Assembly (NCBI GenBank): GCA_964016885.1
Contig: OZ024742.1
Span: forward strand, 228,966,001 to 229,030,000
DNA: 64,000 bases
Direction: 5' to 3'
Origin: Eledone cirrhosa
Taxonomy: Eukaryota
Positions 41,432 to 55,959 of this stretch are shown here, piece by piece. Each line of letters begins with the position of its first letter. Positions within the stretch are counted from its first letter, which is position 1. The translations under genes and the position numbers were made by a program. The notes under the pieces are model-generated. The model was given only the letters and a program-made list of their open reading frames with translations, had not been told where the DNA came from and ran no database searches.

Positions 41432-44400
41432 CGGAGAAGATAGACGTGTTTTTGTTTCGCTCCTGCATTCTGTCGGAATTTATTACGAGAAGCGGTAGGT
41501 TTGTTTAAGTAACTTGTTATTTGTTGTGTCTAACCCCTCGCCTGGGCCTGCAGACGTTGGGTAAAATAAATTTCGCCTTTTTTTGGGGGAAATTTAATAG
41601 TTATAAGTTGTCGATAAAAAGTCGTTTAGTGACAATGGACGCCATTAATACGACACATGCCACGCCCCACAAGGAAAGTGATAGAGAGAAGGTAGCAGCC
41701 CAACGCTGTAATCCTTCCCTCCTCACTCCCGCAAAATACACCACGGAATCAAAAGAAAAAATTGTGGAAATGGGTGAAAATCCCAAAAGTAACAATTACA
41801 CAAACAAGAACAACAATAACAATAACAACACAACCAACAACAGCAACAATGACAATAACAACACAACCAACAACAGCAATAATGACAACACCAACAAAGG
41901 AAAAAAGCAAGCCAACACGAATAACTGTTGTTATTCGTGTTGGCAACAATGATAACAACACGAAAGAAAACGGACCCACAGCTGCACTCTCCTTCTCACA
42001 GGCGGTCCGAGAAACGCAGACATACAAGGCACTGGACATCTCGAATGCCAAGAAATTGCTGAAAGAAGCATGGAATTGTGTAACTTTCGGGGAAGGTGGG
42101 GAATTCACAATTACCTCCCCCGAAGAAATTAGAAGGGACACAGTCCTGAGGACCGTAATCTTTAGGACAGTTTCCAACACGACTAGGAAACCGGCTCAAA
42201 GCGAAATTGAGCGGGTTCTAAGTAGTGCCCGGAAGGATATCGCTTTCATACAGAAAGGGAAACTGTATGGAAGCATATTTGTTTTAATGCAAGATGAATT
42301 GGCGGCACGGAAATAATCTGTGTCGCCAATTATATCCAAAGCATACACCTTTTCCCCCACATATTTGGAGAAATGAACTCAAAAGATAAGAATCTCGGGC
42401 ATCAGGCCAAATGCGAGCATTTGGTGGGTGCTAACGGGATTCTTAGAAGATGAGGACACAATCCTTTCGCTAGGCGAATCCACCGGGGGCGTATTCGGCG
42501 GCCATAGCCTTGAAGTTCTGGTCCAAATGAGACCAGAACGGATAGCAAGAATACGGCAGCATGTGTCCCTGGATGGAGTCGCCTTCATAAACATTTCTGT
42601 TGAGGGCAGGCGGCCTTCATGCTACCACTGTTCAAGAAGTGGTCACCTGAGGGCTTCCTCTCCCCTTTTAAATGCCCCCCCCCCTAAAAAAAGACGCTTC
42701 TGCCCACCCCACACGCAACAACACAACCACCACCACAACAACAACAACAATAACCACCACATCACGAAAAATAACAACACAAGACACTGTCCCACCCAAC
42801 CCCTCCCCACCTAAAACAAATACAAAAGCAACCACAACAAAACCCCAAAATATACCCCTCTCCAACAACACAGACGAGGACCCCTTATCAACGTCACCCA
42901 GTGACGACGAGAACCCTTTCAACCGGTAAAAAGAAAGAAAAGAGGGCACCACATTAACAAAAATGTAACAAACACACAACCACCAGCACAAACAGAACAA
43001 ACAGAACAAACAAAAAAACCCACCCCTCCCGAAAACATAACACATACTACAAAACGCAAACGCACACAAGAATAACAAACAAAAACAAGCACAACACAAC
43101 AAAAACAGTATACATACATCAACCCAAACAACAAAACACTTGTGCAAACAATAGACAAAGACCCTTCGGTGGAAACCGAAGGGAAAATGTTCACCAACGT
43201 GGCGACTAAACCGCATTTAAAAATGATTAGGGTCCCAAGGGACACCTACGCAATGCTCAAACAGAACTTTCCCGAGGACGTGAAGAACCCCTGTACTAGA
43301 CCTATCAACCGCGTCCTCTTGAAATGTTTCCCTACCACCAGCCCCAGATACCCCTTCCCCACCAAACACTCCCACCCCACCACACACTGATGTCCCCACC
43401 ACATCCCAAACCATCACCCCACCAAACAACCCCGCCGACACCCCCATGGAAATTGTGCAGCCTGGTCCCCAGGAGAAGGACAGGTAGGTGTCTTTTCCTT
43501 TTTCTCCACTCTAAACTCTTCACCACCAACATGGCTGTTATAAGAGTTGGATGTTTAAATGTGCGCGGCCAGGGGATGTCCTGGAAGCAGGGCAAACTCT
43601 TAAATTATCTCAGGTCGCACAGAATGGATGTGATAGCTATTTGCGAGTCCAGGATCAGCAGCCAGCTCCAACTGGCCCCCATCTTCGACGACTGCGAGAT
43701 CTATGCATCTCTCTGTCAGCCGGGTGGTGGGGATGGAGTCGTCGTTCTGCTGCGAAAACACCTGAGCCTCGCAACACGGAAGGTACACCTGGACCCGGAG
43801 GGTCGACTGGTGGTTCTAGACGTCGGCAGTAGTGAAGGTGTAGCCTTCAGGCTGGTGGCAGCGTATGCCACATCTGGGACACCGCGACCGGACTTCTTCC
43901 AACGCCTAGAGACTTTTCTGGGAATATCTCGCTCCTTGCTTTTAGTGGGGGACTGGAATGGTATCCTGGATGCACGTTGGGACTATGTAGGGGTATGTCC
44001 CAATAGAGGGGGGGGGGGGTATAACAGCCTCAAACGGTTAATCGGCCGACTTGGAATATTCATGGTTGACTATTCGGATCACAAGTTGGTGACCGGAGTG
44101 GTCAACCTTGATAGAACCCATAGAGAAGGACCCGGTTACTGGAAGCTAAATTTGTCCTTACCGACAAACAAAGCTTACAGTAAGCGGATTAGCACTCTAG
44201 TTAAGCAGCGGTTGACGGCGGCAATTGTCAACAGCAGGTGGTGGGGCTCTCTCAAGAGAGAAATTAGAATAGAATCGATAGGTTTTAGTCAGGAATTAGA
44301 TAGGAATATAACTGAAAGGGAATTGATAGATAGAGTAGAAGAGGCGATTAGGAAGGGCAAGGTGGCCGGCGTGCTGGCGTCAAGAACGGCTCTAGACAAG

Positions 44401-46970
44401 TTCTTTGACGCGAAGCACGAGGGCTGCGTTGTCAGGAGTAAAATACGTGCCCTGGGTAACGAGGGAGCCAAAGCTGTTAGCTGGGCCCGAGTGACAGAGG
44501 CAAAAAGTGGAAACAAGTCCACGATTCGTTCTTTGAAGGACCAGGATGGACGCGTGATCCATGAACCTGAGCGGATGCGCGCGGCCTTTCAACGGCGCTT
44601 TGCACGACTGTTCGGGATGGGAGGCGGGCCTGGTGAGGCCATGGATTTCGGTCCACACCTCAACGGTCTACAGAAAGGCCGATTTCAGCCGCTGAAATAG
44701 AGGAAGCGCTGAGCCAATGTGACAAACGCAAATGTCCCGGTCTCAATGGTCTACCATAGGAATTTTATGTAGCGATGCCGGACTTGTTCTCCGATCTCCT
44801 CGAGGTGGTCTACTGCAACTGGCACCAGAACACGTGACCAAGGGCGTAGTCACGCTGGTGAGGAAGGACGAGAACAAGGGGGATGACATAGATGACTTCA
44901 GGCCCATAACTTTGCTAAACACAGAGTTAAAGATTTTGGCCAAGGTGTTAGCGAAGAGGTTGGCGCTTGTCGTCGGGACCCTGGTGGGAAAAGCGCGGAC
45001 ATGCGCAATCCCGTCCAGGTCCATACACGACAACCTCCACCTCATGCGATACATCGTAGAGAGGGTAGGGAACGAACCCGGCTTTGGTGGGGCCCTGATC
45101 AACTTGGATCAATCTAAGGCGTTCGATAAGGTTGCGACGGCAGGCATCGGACCCGTTTTCAGGTGCTGGATTGCTGCAATACACAGCAGCAACACCTGCT
45201 CGAGGGTCAAGGTGAACGGCTACCTCTCGGAGCCGTTCCAAATCGCTCGATCCATCCGACAGGGATGCCCTCTCTCCTCCCTTCTCTATGTGCTGGCTCT
45301 CGAGCCACTACTGCAGAATTGGAGCTGTTGTAGGGAATCCCATTGCAACCGGGATTGCGGAAATCGGTGTCGGCCTACGCCGATGACGTAACAGTAATGG
45401 TGTCGTGCGCCTCAGAAATCGGGCAGATCGGCACCTTAATCGAGGAATACGAAAGGTTTACAGGAGCCAAGCTGAACCGGGACAAGTCTGTCGGTTTGCA
45501 ACTCGGAACGTCGAGAGGCAAACCGATGCCCTCCGACGGCGTCGACGGACACTGGACGTAGGGACCGGTGAAGCTGCTCGGGGTTTGGTTCGGACCGGAC
45601 CTCCAGGTGGAGAAAAACTGGGACGACGTACGGGCAGGGTGTTTGCACTCGCCTAGAAATGGGCCGAGTGCAAACTATCCCTGAATGGTCGAGCAGAGGT
45701 GGCAAACATTTATAGAGCGTCCGTCATCTACTACCACTTGACCGTCGTGCCTTGTCCAGCGAAAACGCTCGCCAAAATGGAGCGCGCGCTCTTCCAATTC
45801 CTTTGGAAGAAGCGGGCACCTTTGGTGAGAAGATCCATCTGCTGTCAACACCCTTCGAGCGGAGGGCTGGGGTTGCTGTGGCTGACGATGCGTAGACACG
45901 CATTAAGGATACGGCACCTCCAGGTATTCCTCACCGCTCAGCCAGTGTGGGCCCCTTTTGTGAGCCGAGCCTTTCTGAGACTCGTCTCACTCACCGAGCT
46001 GCAATCCTGGGTCAAGAAAAGACCGAGAAAAGTGGGCGACTGGCACATTGAATGTGCCCAGGCGCTCACGGCCCTCTGGCAAGCGGATCTCGTCAATCAG
46101 TGGAGACTCAACCTCAACATTCTATGTAGGGTTGGTGCGCAGAAAGTGCGACGACGCTCTCGGAGAGGCTCTGGGCATGGAGGAAGACGAGCTAGCCAGT
46201 CTGTTCGGTAGGACGTTTGGCTCGGGACCGATGGACAACTTCCAAAAGTCCCTGGCTTGGCAGTGCTACCGAGGAGCTCTACCCGTTCGGGACAAGCTCT
46301 ACAGACACGGCGCCCGGGTAAGGACCCTCGAAGAAGATCTGTCCGAGATGCATGTGTGACGAGGAAACCGTCGCGCACGCATTCGTACACTACCCGGGCG
46401 TTGCTGACCTGTGGGGCTATGTGGAACGACTACTGTCGCAGGTGGGACCAATCCGGATGACCACCTAGTACATTGTCACGATCAAACTGCCTTCCCCCTT
46501 CAAAAACGAAGGAGAGGCGGTTTTCCTCTGTGTGATAGCTATGGCGGAAGAGGTTGTATGGTGGACGAGGTTGAAACGGCTGAGGTCAGACACCTTTCTC
46601 TCCGGCCAACAACTTTTCAAGTACCATTTTAGAAGGATCGGAATGGAGAGAGTGATGCTCTACCCCAGCAAGTTTTATGAAAGTGGTGAGAATGGCCCGA
46701 GTAAATGGGCTTTCTCTCTATATCAGCCTGTAGGTGAGAGAGGAGCAGAAGGAGGAGAGGAAGGAAGCACCTGCTCTTTGTACTCCTGAGGAGGAGGGTT
46801 GCATAATTTTTTCGGGTGTGTGTGCGACCTACGTCAACGCCCTCTCCCTATTGAGGACTTCGATTGTTGAATTTGATTTGTTATGTTTTTACACGTCCTT
46901 TGAAATGTATGTAAACTCCCCCCTTGTATTTGTCCCAATCTTTGATGCCCTGGTGGCAAATAAATAGAAA
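41432..46970 (+). mobile_element. Full-length decayed L1/Tx1-clade LINE (copy A) in (TATC)n
   Basis: ORF1 (ATG 41635, CYHC..SGH knuckle remnant) and ORF2 (ATG 43531 to TAG 46733; APE, RT with QGCPLS and YADD, finger), with many stops, frameshifts and deletions; colinear with 47033-52875. Confidence 0.93.
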
Positions 46971-46971
46971 G

Positions 46972-47025
<54 letters not shown>

Positions 47026-47249
47026 CTCTATCAGTCGTGTGTCACTTCGCGGAGAAGTTTCCGTTAATTTATGTAAGGAAAAAACGTGAGTTTTTAGTTC
47101 AATTTTATATCATTGTGTAACTTGACCACCCGTCTGGACCTTCAGGTGGTGGGTCAACTCATTTTCGCCCCTTCAGGGGCGGAATATCCATTTAAAAAAT
47201 TTTTCTCCATCGAATCTTGGAAAAAATATTGTAAAATTTTGATTACGTT

Positions 47250-49163
47250 ATGAACGCTGCGTCCAACGATAATGGTGGTGGAGAGGCGGTAAGACTACAA
47301 AGCTCGCAGTCAACAACGTCTTCTTCACTAGATACTATAGAGATGGAAAGACAAAATGAAAATAAAAAAACGAATTCACATCCAAACAACACAAATGACA
47401 CCAAACAGCTCAATGACAACAAAAATAACAGCAAAACCAATAATGATGATAAAAGCAACAATGATAACAACAACAAAGAAAAAAATAAAGACAACGCCAA
47501 TAACACCAGCATCAAAGACAACAACAACACCAAGGAAAATACGGATGATACCAACATCGGTGACAACAAGAATAACAACAAGAATAACAACAATAATGAC
47601 AACACCACCAATACGGATTCCACAAAGAAACCAAAAATCTCCTTTGCGGAGAAAGTTCAAAAGAAAGAACAATTGATATATCTCGACATAACAAATGCTG
47701 AACACCTTTTAAAGGACGCTAAGAGATATGTCACCTTCGAAAAAAATGGTGCTTTCAGCATCAATTCTCCGGTAGAAATTCGCAAGGAAACTGCTCTCAA
47801 AACGATAGTTTTTAGGACAGTTTCCAATTCTACCCGAAAACCAGTCCAATTGTCACAGAAAGATATTGAACTGGTTTTCAAAGATTCAATGAATGATATT
47901 GCATTCATTCAAAGAAGCAAACTTTTTGGGAGTATTTCGGTACTGATGAAGGATCAATTGACGGCCCAAAATTACTCTGTGTCGCCAATTGTATCCAACC
48001 TGTACACCTTTTTCCCTACATACATGGGAAAAAGGACACAAAAGATCAGAATCACAAGTGTCACACCAAAGGTGAACATATGGTGGATACTGTGCGGCTT
48101 CATCAATTTTGATGAAGACAGAATACTGTCAGTAGGCAAGTCCCCCAGAGATGTATTCAATGGGACTAGCATTGAAGTTCTGGTGCAAATGAGCCCAGAG
48201 CGAATAGCTATGATCCCACAGCGTGTACTCCTGGACGGACTTACCTACATAAACCTTTCGGTTGAGGGTAGGCGGCCTTCATGTTACCATTGCTTTAGCA
48301 GGGGTCACCCGAGGGCTTCCTGTCCTAAACTAATGAACCAAAAAAAGGCTCTTCTGCCAACACCCATCAAAACAACACAACCACCAACACCACCACTACA
48401 ACAACAACACCAACACACAAAAATAACCACAACAAACACAGTCCCACCCAACCTCACTCCACCTAAAACCACTGCAAAATCACATACAGACACAACAGCT
48501 CCCCAAGACATACCCCTCCCCAATCACACAGACGATACAACAGATGAGGCTATCTCGCCATCACCCAGTGAAGACGAGGGAGAACCCCATCGCTCGAAAA
48601 GAAAGAAAAGACATCACAAAAGCAAAAAACCAGCAAACACTACCACAAACATACAACCACCAACACAAACAACAAAAATATCACAAACAAAACCCCCACC
48701 TCCTGAAAACAAAATACCTACAACAAAACGAAAGCACACACAAGAACTACAGACAAAAACAAACACAACACAAGAAAATTACACTTACACTTACATAAAC
48801 ACTGAAAACAAAACACTAATGGAGACCATTACGAACGACCCTTCGGTTTTCACCGAAGGGAAAACTTTCGCCCACTCTATAAAAAATAGCAAAAAAATGA
48901 ACCTAAAACTGATTAGGGTCCCTATACAAACTTATAGGTCCCTAAAAGAAACATTTGAGAAGGATGTGGGGAATTCCTGCGTGAAACCACTCAACCGCGT
49001 CCTTCTCAAATGCCTCCCCACCCCAGACACCCCCATTCCACCAGACCCCCACCCCACCAAACATCTGCGTCCCCACCCCGCCGGAAACCACCACCCATCC
49101 AGACAACCCCTCCAACACCCCCATGGAAATCGTGCGGCCTGGTCCCCAGGAGGCGAAGGGTGA
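47250..49163 (+). CDS. LINE ORF1 (Gag-like, CCHC zinc knuckle, Asn-rich N-terminus, Thr/Pro-rich linker)
   Basis: 637-aa open frame; CYHCFSRGHPRASC. Confidence 0.88.
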   Translation: MNAASNDNGGGEAVRLQSSQSTTSSSLDTIEMERQNENKKTNSHPNNTNDTKQLNDNKNNSKTNNDDKSNNDNNNKEKNKDNANNTSIKDNNNTKENTDDTNIGDNKNNNKNNNNNDNTTNTDSTKKPKISFAEKVQKKEQLIYLDITNAEHLLKDAKRYVTFEKNGAFSINSPVEIRKETALKTIVFRTVSNSTRKPVQLSQKDIELVFKDSMNDIAFIQRSKLFGSISVLMKDQLTAQNYSVSPIVSNLYTFFPTYMGKRTQKIRITSVTPKVNIWWILCGFINFDEDRILSVGKSPRDVFNGTSIEVLVQMSPERIAMIPQRVLLDGLTYINLSVEGRRPSCYHCFSRGHPRASCPKLMNQKKALLPTPIKTTQPPTPPLQQQHQHTKITTTNTVPPNLTPPKTTAKSHTDTTAPQDIPLPNHTDDTTDEAISPSPSEDEGEPHRSKRKKRHHKSKKPANTTTNIQPPTQTTKISQTKPPPPENKIPTTKRKHTQELQTKTNTTQENYTYTYINTENKTLMETITNDPSVFTEGKTFAHSIKNSKKMNLKLIRVPIQTYRSLKETFEKDVGNSCVKPLNRVLLKCLPTPDTPIPPDPHPTKHLRPHPAGNHHPSRQPLQHPHGNRAAWSPGGEG

Positions 49164-49200
49164 GTGATCTCTTTTCCTCTTTTAACTTTTCAGCACCAAC

Positions 49201-52200
49201 ATGGCCAATATAAGAGTTGGATGTGTGAACGTACGCGGCCTGGGGATGCCCTGGAAACAGGGCAAACTCTTAAACGACCTCAGGTCGCACAGTTTGGATG
49301 TGGTAGCCATTTGCGAGTCCAGGATCCACGGCGAGCGACAGCTGGCCCCCATCTTCGATGACTTTGAGATCTACGCATCTCTCTGTCAACCGGGGGGTGG
49401 GGGCGGAGTTGCCGTTTTGCTGCGGAAACACCTGGGCCTCGTAACACAGACGGTACATCTGGACCCGGAGGGTCGACTGGTGGTCCTAGACGTTGACGGT
49501 AGTGAAGGTGGAGCGTTCAGGCTGGTGGCCGCATATGCCCCATCCGGGACACCGCGGCCAGACTTCTTCAAACGTCTAGAGACTTTTCTGGGAACGTCCC
49601 GCTCCTTGCTTTTAGTGGGGGACTGGAATGGAATCCTAGATGCACGTTGGGACTATGTGGGAGCATGTCCCGATAAAGGGGGGTGTAACAGCCTCAAACA
49701 GTTAATCGACCGATTTGACCTGGCCGATAGATATCGACTAGATTTTCCGACTGCGCCACTGTGGACGTGGAGTAATCGTAGCGGAACATCTAGATCGTAC
49801 CTAGATAGGGTTCTAGTTAGAAATAAGGATAGGGACATGTTAAGCTGTCCACAAATGTTCATGGTTGCCTATTCAGATCACAAACTAGTGACCTGCATGG
49901 CCAACCTTGATAGAACCCATAGACAAGGACCCGGCTACTGGAAGCTGAACTTGTCGTTACCGACAAGCAAAGCCTACAGTAGACGGATTAGCACTTTAGT
50001 TAAACAGCACTTGACAGGGGCCATTGTCAACAACAGATGGTGGTACTCTCTCAAGAGGGCAGTTAGATTAGACTCGATAGTTTTTAGTAAAGAATTAGCG
50101 TTAGATAGAAATAGAACCGAGAAGGAACTGGTAGATAAAGTAGAAGAGGCTATTAGAAGTGGCAACGTAGCCAGCGTGCTAGCAACGAGAACGGCCTTGG
50201 ACCAGTTCTTCGACGCAAAGCACGAGGGCTGCGTTGTCAGAAGCAAAATACGTGCTCTGGGAAACGAGGGAGCCAAAGCTGTTAGCTGGGCCCGAGTGAC
50301 GGAGGCAAAAAGTGGCAACAAGTCCACGATTCGGTCTTTGAAGGACCAAAACGGACGCGTGATACGTGAGCCGAAGCAGATGTGTGCGGCTTTTCAGCGG
50401 CACTTTGCTCGGCTGTTCGGGGGGAGCGGCGCGCCGGGAGAGGCTATGGATTTCGGTCCATACCTCGACGGCCTACCGCGACTCTCGGACAGCGAGGCGA
50501 AGTTCTGCGAAAAGCCGATTTCAGCCACTGAGATAGGGGACGCGCTGAGCCAATGCGGCAAACGCAAATCTCCAGGTCTCGACGGTCTACCCTACGAATT
50601 TTACGTAGCAATGCCGGACTTATTCTCCGGTCTCCTGGAAGCGGTCTACTGCAACTGGCAACAGAACGGGAGAATTCCCAGTTCTGTAACCGGGGGCGTG
50701 GTCACACTAATCAGGAAGGACGAGAATAAGGGGGATGACATAGGCAACTTCCGGCCCATAACTCTGCTAAACACAGAGTTACAGATTTTGGCCAAGGTGT
50801 TGGCAAAGAGGCTGGCGCTTGTCGTCGAGAACCTGGTGGGAGAAGCGCAGACATGCGCGATCCCGACCAGGTCCATACACGACAACCTCCACCTCATGCG
50901 ATACATCATAGAGAGGGTAGGGTGTAAACCCGGCTTCGGTGGGGCCCTGATCAACTTGGATCAGTCTAAGGCTTTCGATAGGGTTGACCATCGTTACCTG
51001 GATGCGGTGCTCGAGGCGGCAGGCTTCGGACCCGTGTTCAGGGGCTGGATTGCTGCAATGCACAACAGCAACATCTGCTCAAGGGTCAAGGTGAACGGTT
51101 ACCTCTCGGAGCCGTTCCATATTACGCGATCCATTCGACAGGGATGCCCTCTCTCCTCCCTTCTGTACGTACTGACTCTCGAGCCACTACTGCGGAAGCT
51201 GGAGCTATTGCAGGGCATCCCTCTGGAACCGGGACTGCGGAAAGCGGCGTCGGCCTACGCCGACGACGTGACAGTAATGGTGTCGAGCGCCTCGCAAATC
51301 GAGGAAGTCGGCACCTTACTAAAGGAATACGAAAGTCTCACAGGAGCGAAGCTGAACCGGGACAAGTCCATCGGTTTGCAACTCGGATCGTGGAGAGGCA
51401 GACCGATGCCTTCCGATGGCGTCGTCGGACGCTGGACGGAAGGACCGGTAAAGCTGCTCGGGGTCTGGTTTGGTCCGGACCTCCAGGTCGAGAAGAACTG
51501 GAACGAAGTGACGGCCAAGGTGTTTGCACTCACCCAGAAGTGGGCCGAGTGAAAACTATCCTTGAAAGGTCGAGCGGAGGTGGCGAACACTTTTATAGCG
51601 TCCGCCATCTACTACCGCTTGACCGTCGTGCCTTGTCCAGCCAAAACGCTCGCCAAAATGGAGCGCGCCCTCTTCCGATTCCTTTGGAAGAGGCGGGCTC
51701 CTTTGGTAAGAAGATCCATCTGCTGCCAACACCCTTCTAACGGAGGGCTGGGGATGCCGTGGTTGACGATGCGCAAACACGCGCTCAGGCTGCGGCATCT
51801 CTACGTATTCCTCACCGGACAACCGGTGTGGGCCCCGTTCGTGAGGCGAGCCTTCCCACGACTCGTCTCGCTGACCGAGCTGCAGTCCTGGGTCAAGCAG
51901 AGACCGAGGAAAATGGGCGACTGGCACATCGAATGTGCTCAGGCGCTCACAGCCCTCTGGCAGGCGGACCCGGCGATCAGTGGAGACTCCACTTCGTCAT
52001 TCTATAGAGGGTTGGTCCGCAGCAAGTGCGACGACGCGCTCGGTGAAACTCTAGGCGTGGAGGAAGATGAACTGGCCAGTCTGTTCGGTAGGACCTTCCG
52101 CCCGGGACCGATGGACAACTTCCAAAAGTCCCTGGCCTGGCAGTGCTACCGAGGAGCTCTACCAGTTCGAGACAAGCTCTACAGACATGGGCGCCCGGGC

Positions 52201-52638
52201 AGGGACCCTGCAAAAAAGATCTGTCCGAGGTGCGTGCGAGACGAAGAAACCGTCGCGCACGCATTCATACACTGCCCGGGCGTCACTGACCTGTGGGGCT
52301 ATGTAGAACGACTATTGTCGCGGGTGGGACCAATCCAGTTGACCACCGAGTCCATTGTCATGATCAAACCGCCACCCTCCTTCAAAAACGAAGGAGAGGC
52401 GGTTTTCCTTTGTGTGATAGCTATGGCGAAAGAGGTTGTATGGTGGACAAGGTTGAAAGGGCTGAGGTCAGACACCTTTCTCTCCGGCCAACAACTGATT
52501 CTTTTTTTCAAATACCACTTTGGAAGAAGAATCAGGATGGAGAGAGAGGTGCTGTACCCCAGCAAGTTTTATGAAAGGTGGGTGAAAGTGGCGAGAATGG
52601 CCCGAGTGAATGGGCCTTCTCTCTATATCAGCCTGTAG
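49201..52638 (+). pseudogene. LINE ORF2 (APE endonuclease, reverse transcriptase, C-terminal Zn finger) with one in-frame TGA at 51550-51552
   Basis: NVRG, GDWN, YLDRV, SDHK, KSPGLDGLPYEFY, FRPITLLN, DQSKAFDRVDH, RQGCPLS, YADD; ORFs 49201-51552 and 51562-52638 are in the same frame. Confidence 0.93.
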
Positions 52639-52915
52639 GTTGAGGAAAAGGAGGAGGAGAGGAAAGGAGTACAAGCTCTTCGTACTCCTGGAGATGAGGG
52701 TTGCACATTTTTTTCGGGGGTCTGTGTTACCCATATAAACTGTCTCCCTCTATTGGGGAAAATCGACTAACTTTTAAATTCCATCTGTGATAACATTTTA
52801 CACGTTTTTATTGTATGTAAACTTCCCCCTTTGTATTTGTCCCCTTCTTTTGTGCCCCTGTGGCTAATAAAGAAATATATCTATCTTTCTATCTATCTAT
52901 GTTTCTATATATATC

Positions 52916-52988
<73 letters not shown>

Positions 52989-53032
52989 CAGAATATTAAT
53001 AAATGAAGACATTCACATAATCAAAATATATG

Positions 53033-53094
53033 TTTTATTATATATATTTCGAAGGCCCGTGCTGTTTTTTCAGTACGTCCTCGTCAGATAAAAT
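53033..53094 (-). ncRNA. Hammerhead-like motif (related to family D)
   Basis: Minus strand ttttat CTGACGA ggacgtactg-aaaaaa-cagcacgggccttc GAAA tata TA taataaaa. Confidence 0.55.
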
Positions 53095-53398
53095 ACATGA
53101 ATTGATGTATGACATTCCTCAACAGTTTTGATTCCAGTATTGGCAGTGATTTATTACAACAAATCTCAACATTTATATACCACAAATAATAACATGATAA
53201 ACTTAAATTTAATGAAGAAGAGGATGTGGAGCGAGATATAGGTATAAGGACGCGGTGAGTATGAGGAAATGCAAGAAGAAAATAAATAAATACATACATA
53301 AATATTCAAAGGCATAAATATACGTGTTTGGGAAGAAAAAGGAAGAGAGAGAGAGAGAGAGAGATAGAAGAGAGAAGAAGAAAGACGTAACGGCAAAA

Positions 53399-53438
<40 letters not shown>

Positions 53439-54335
53439 ATGATAGAAACAAAGAGAAATGATGTGTGACTGTTGCTTTCAAATATTAAGTCAAATAGAAG
53501 CGACCAATTAAATACCATGAAATGTTTTAATATCTTTTATATTTGGTTATGTTTAAGCTAATTATACTAATATATTATATCAACATTAAACAATATAACC
53601 ATATTTTCTATAGTAATCAGAAGCATAGTTTAATTAATATATTTACTAAATATTTTGTTACAATATTTAAAAACATTTTTATTTTTAAATATGTATAAGG
53701 ATATTTACTAAAACCTATGCATATATCACCATCAGTATATGTATTTTATATAATGTTAAGAATTATTATCTGAATTATTCTATTTTCATTATAAAATTAT
53801 TTCAATTCATTGGTTGTCATTACAGGATTAATTAGTAGTTATATTTACTCTTAAAAGTATTATTATTTCGATTTTACTTCAGTAACTACATCTTATTATA
53901 TATAGTTTCCCTTTAACGATTTTTCGTATATTATTAAACTGTATAAATCATGTTAAATATACATTATCAATCCATTTGGACAGAACAAAATTATTTACGA
54001 AGAATGTAAACAAAGGAAGATAATTCGTTCAACGTATGTGGATATTTAAGATATTTCAGTACTTTGAAAGCCAAAAGATATTTCAAACCGCAAATTCAGA
54101 AATTTCTAGTTACAGAATGACCATTCTAAATCCAAACTTAGGATAGCGAGTGTCATCATGAGATTAATTTACTATATAAAAACGAAATACAATTTTTAAG
54201 GTAAGGCAAAACATTATATACATAATAATAATAATAATAATATTTCAAGAATTATTAATAGTCAATATTTTTTTCTTCATAGTCAGTATTTTTTTCGAAA
54301 TTTGTATAATGTTTGAAAGGTTCTTCCAGACTTAT

Positions 54336-54406
<71 letters not shown>

Positions 54407-54632
54407 TTTACACATGCGTTTTTGCGTACCCGTGAAGCTACAATAAATCAGTTATCCATTCGATAGCATCATCATAAAACATCTAAACACCGACCGAGAA
54501 TATTTAAATGGGAAATCGATAGAACAAATACTATTGGCTTAGATATAAAAAAAATGGAACAGCAGCATACAGGAGATATGGAAATATTATGAGCATAAGG
54601 ATATTCCAACGGTAAACGCACACACAGACACG

Positions 54633-54691
<59 letters not shown>

Positions 54692-54849
54692 TACGTATAT
54701 ACATATATACGTATACGTATATGTGTATGAGTGTATGTGAAGGGCTTTTGTGTGTTCATACGTATAGGTGTGTATAACTGTATATGCTTGTATATATATA
54801 TATATGTATATATATAGTTTAATAGTTTTCAACTTTATATATATATACA

Positions 54850-54920
<71 letters not shown>

Positions 54921-55193
54921 GTGGAGAGTGAGAGTGAAAGAGAGAGAGAGGAATGATAGCAAGATATCATTTTATTGTGGAGAATGTTTGTTTTATAGCA
55001 ATATTATATTATAAATATTTAAATAATTATAGAGAGAAATATTTATTTCATACTACAATACATTCGGCAGAGAGAATTTGCAATTGCTTTAACCCTTCAT
55101 CAGGAAATTCAAATAGAAGCCAACGAAATTCGACAAAGATATAACGCTTTATAAAATAAGATAAAAGTTCAATAAATTTCTGTTCAGATTACC

Positions 55194-55294
55194 AATAATT
55201 GTTTCTACTTTTGGCACAAGGCCAGCAATTACCCAGTGCATTACTGGTACTTAATTTTATCGACCCCGGAATGATGAAAGGCAAAGTTAACCTC
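55194..55294 (-). mobile_element. Nin/Deu-domain SINE 3' half
   Basis: gtttctacttttggcacaaggccagcaattacccagtgcattactggtac...atcgacccc. Confidence 0.72.
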
Positions 55295-55508
55295 GATTAC
55301 TAATAATATGAAATAATTTCAAACGATGGTCATATTCGGAAGTACGGCAATTAGAGTATAACTTAATCATTATTTGCGTAATGTTTTTATTTAATACCTT
55401 AAATTGTATTTGTTTTTATATGCATATATTTATTAAAGCCTGGTTAGTTTCTCAATTGATATGGTATATCGTTTAAAAATAATATATTTATATATATATA
55501 TAAATAAA

Positions 55509-55809
<301 letters not shown>

Positions 55810-55959
55810 TATATATATATATATATATATCTGTTAGACACGCAGTGACTAACAACAGAATGTTTTAAGTCTGCGTGTCTGTGTGACATACATGCGTAGC
55901 TTGTGAATAAAAAATTCAAGGGGTATCGCTGGCCGTGGTGATCCCTCCCAAACATCTTT

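Larger units (their letters stand above)
47033..52875 (+). mobile_element. Near-intact full-length L1/Tx1-clade LINE (copy B) in (TATC)n
   Basis: 5'UTR, ORF1, 37-nt spacer, ORF2, 3'UTR with aataaa; (TATC)n on both sides. Confidence 0.96.

Noticed and set aside
47243-52734. Antisense and alternate-frame ORFs over the LINEs
   Set aside because: Shadow ORFs of GC-richer or low-complexity coding sequence; no motifs
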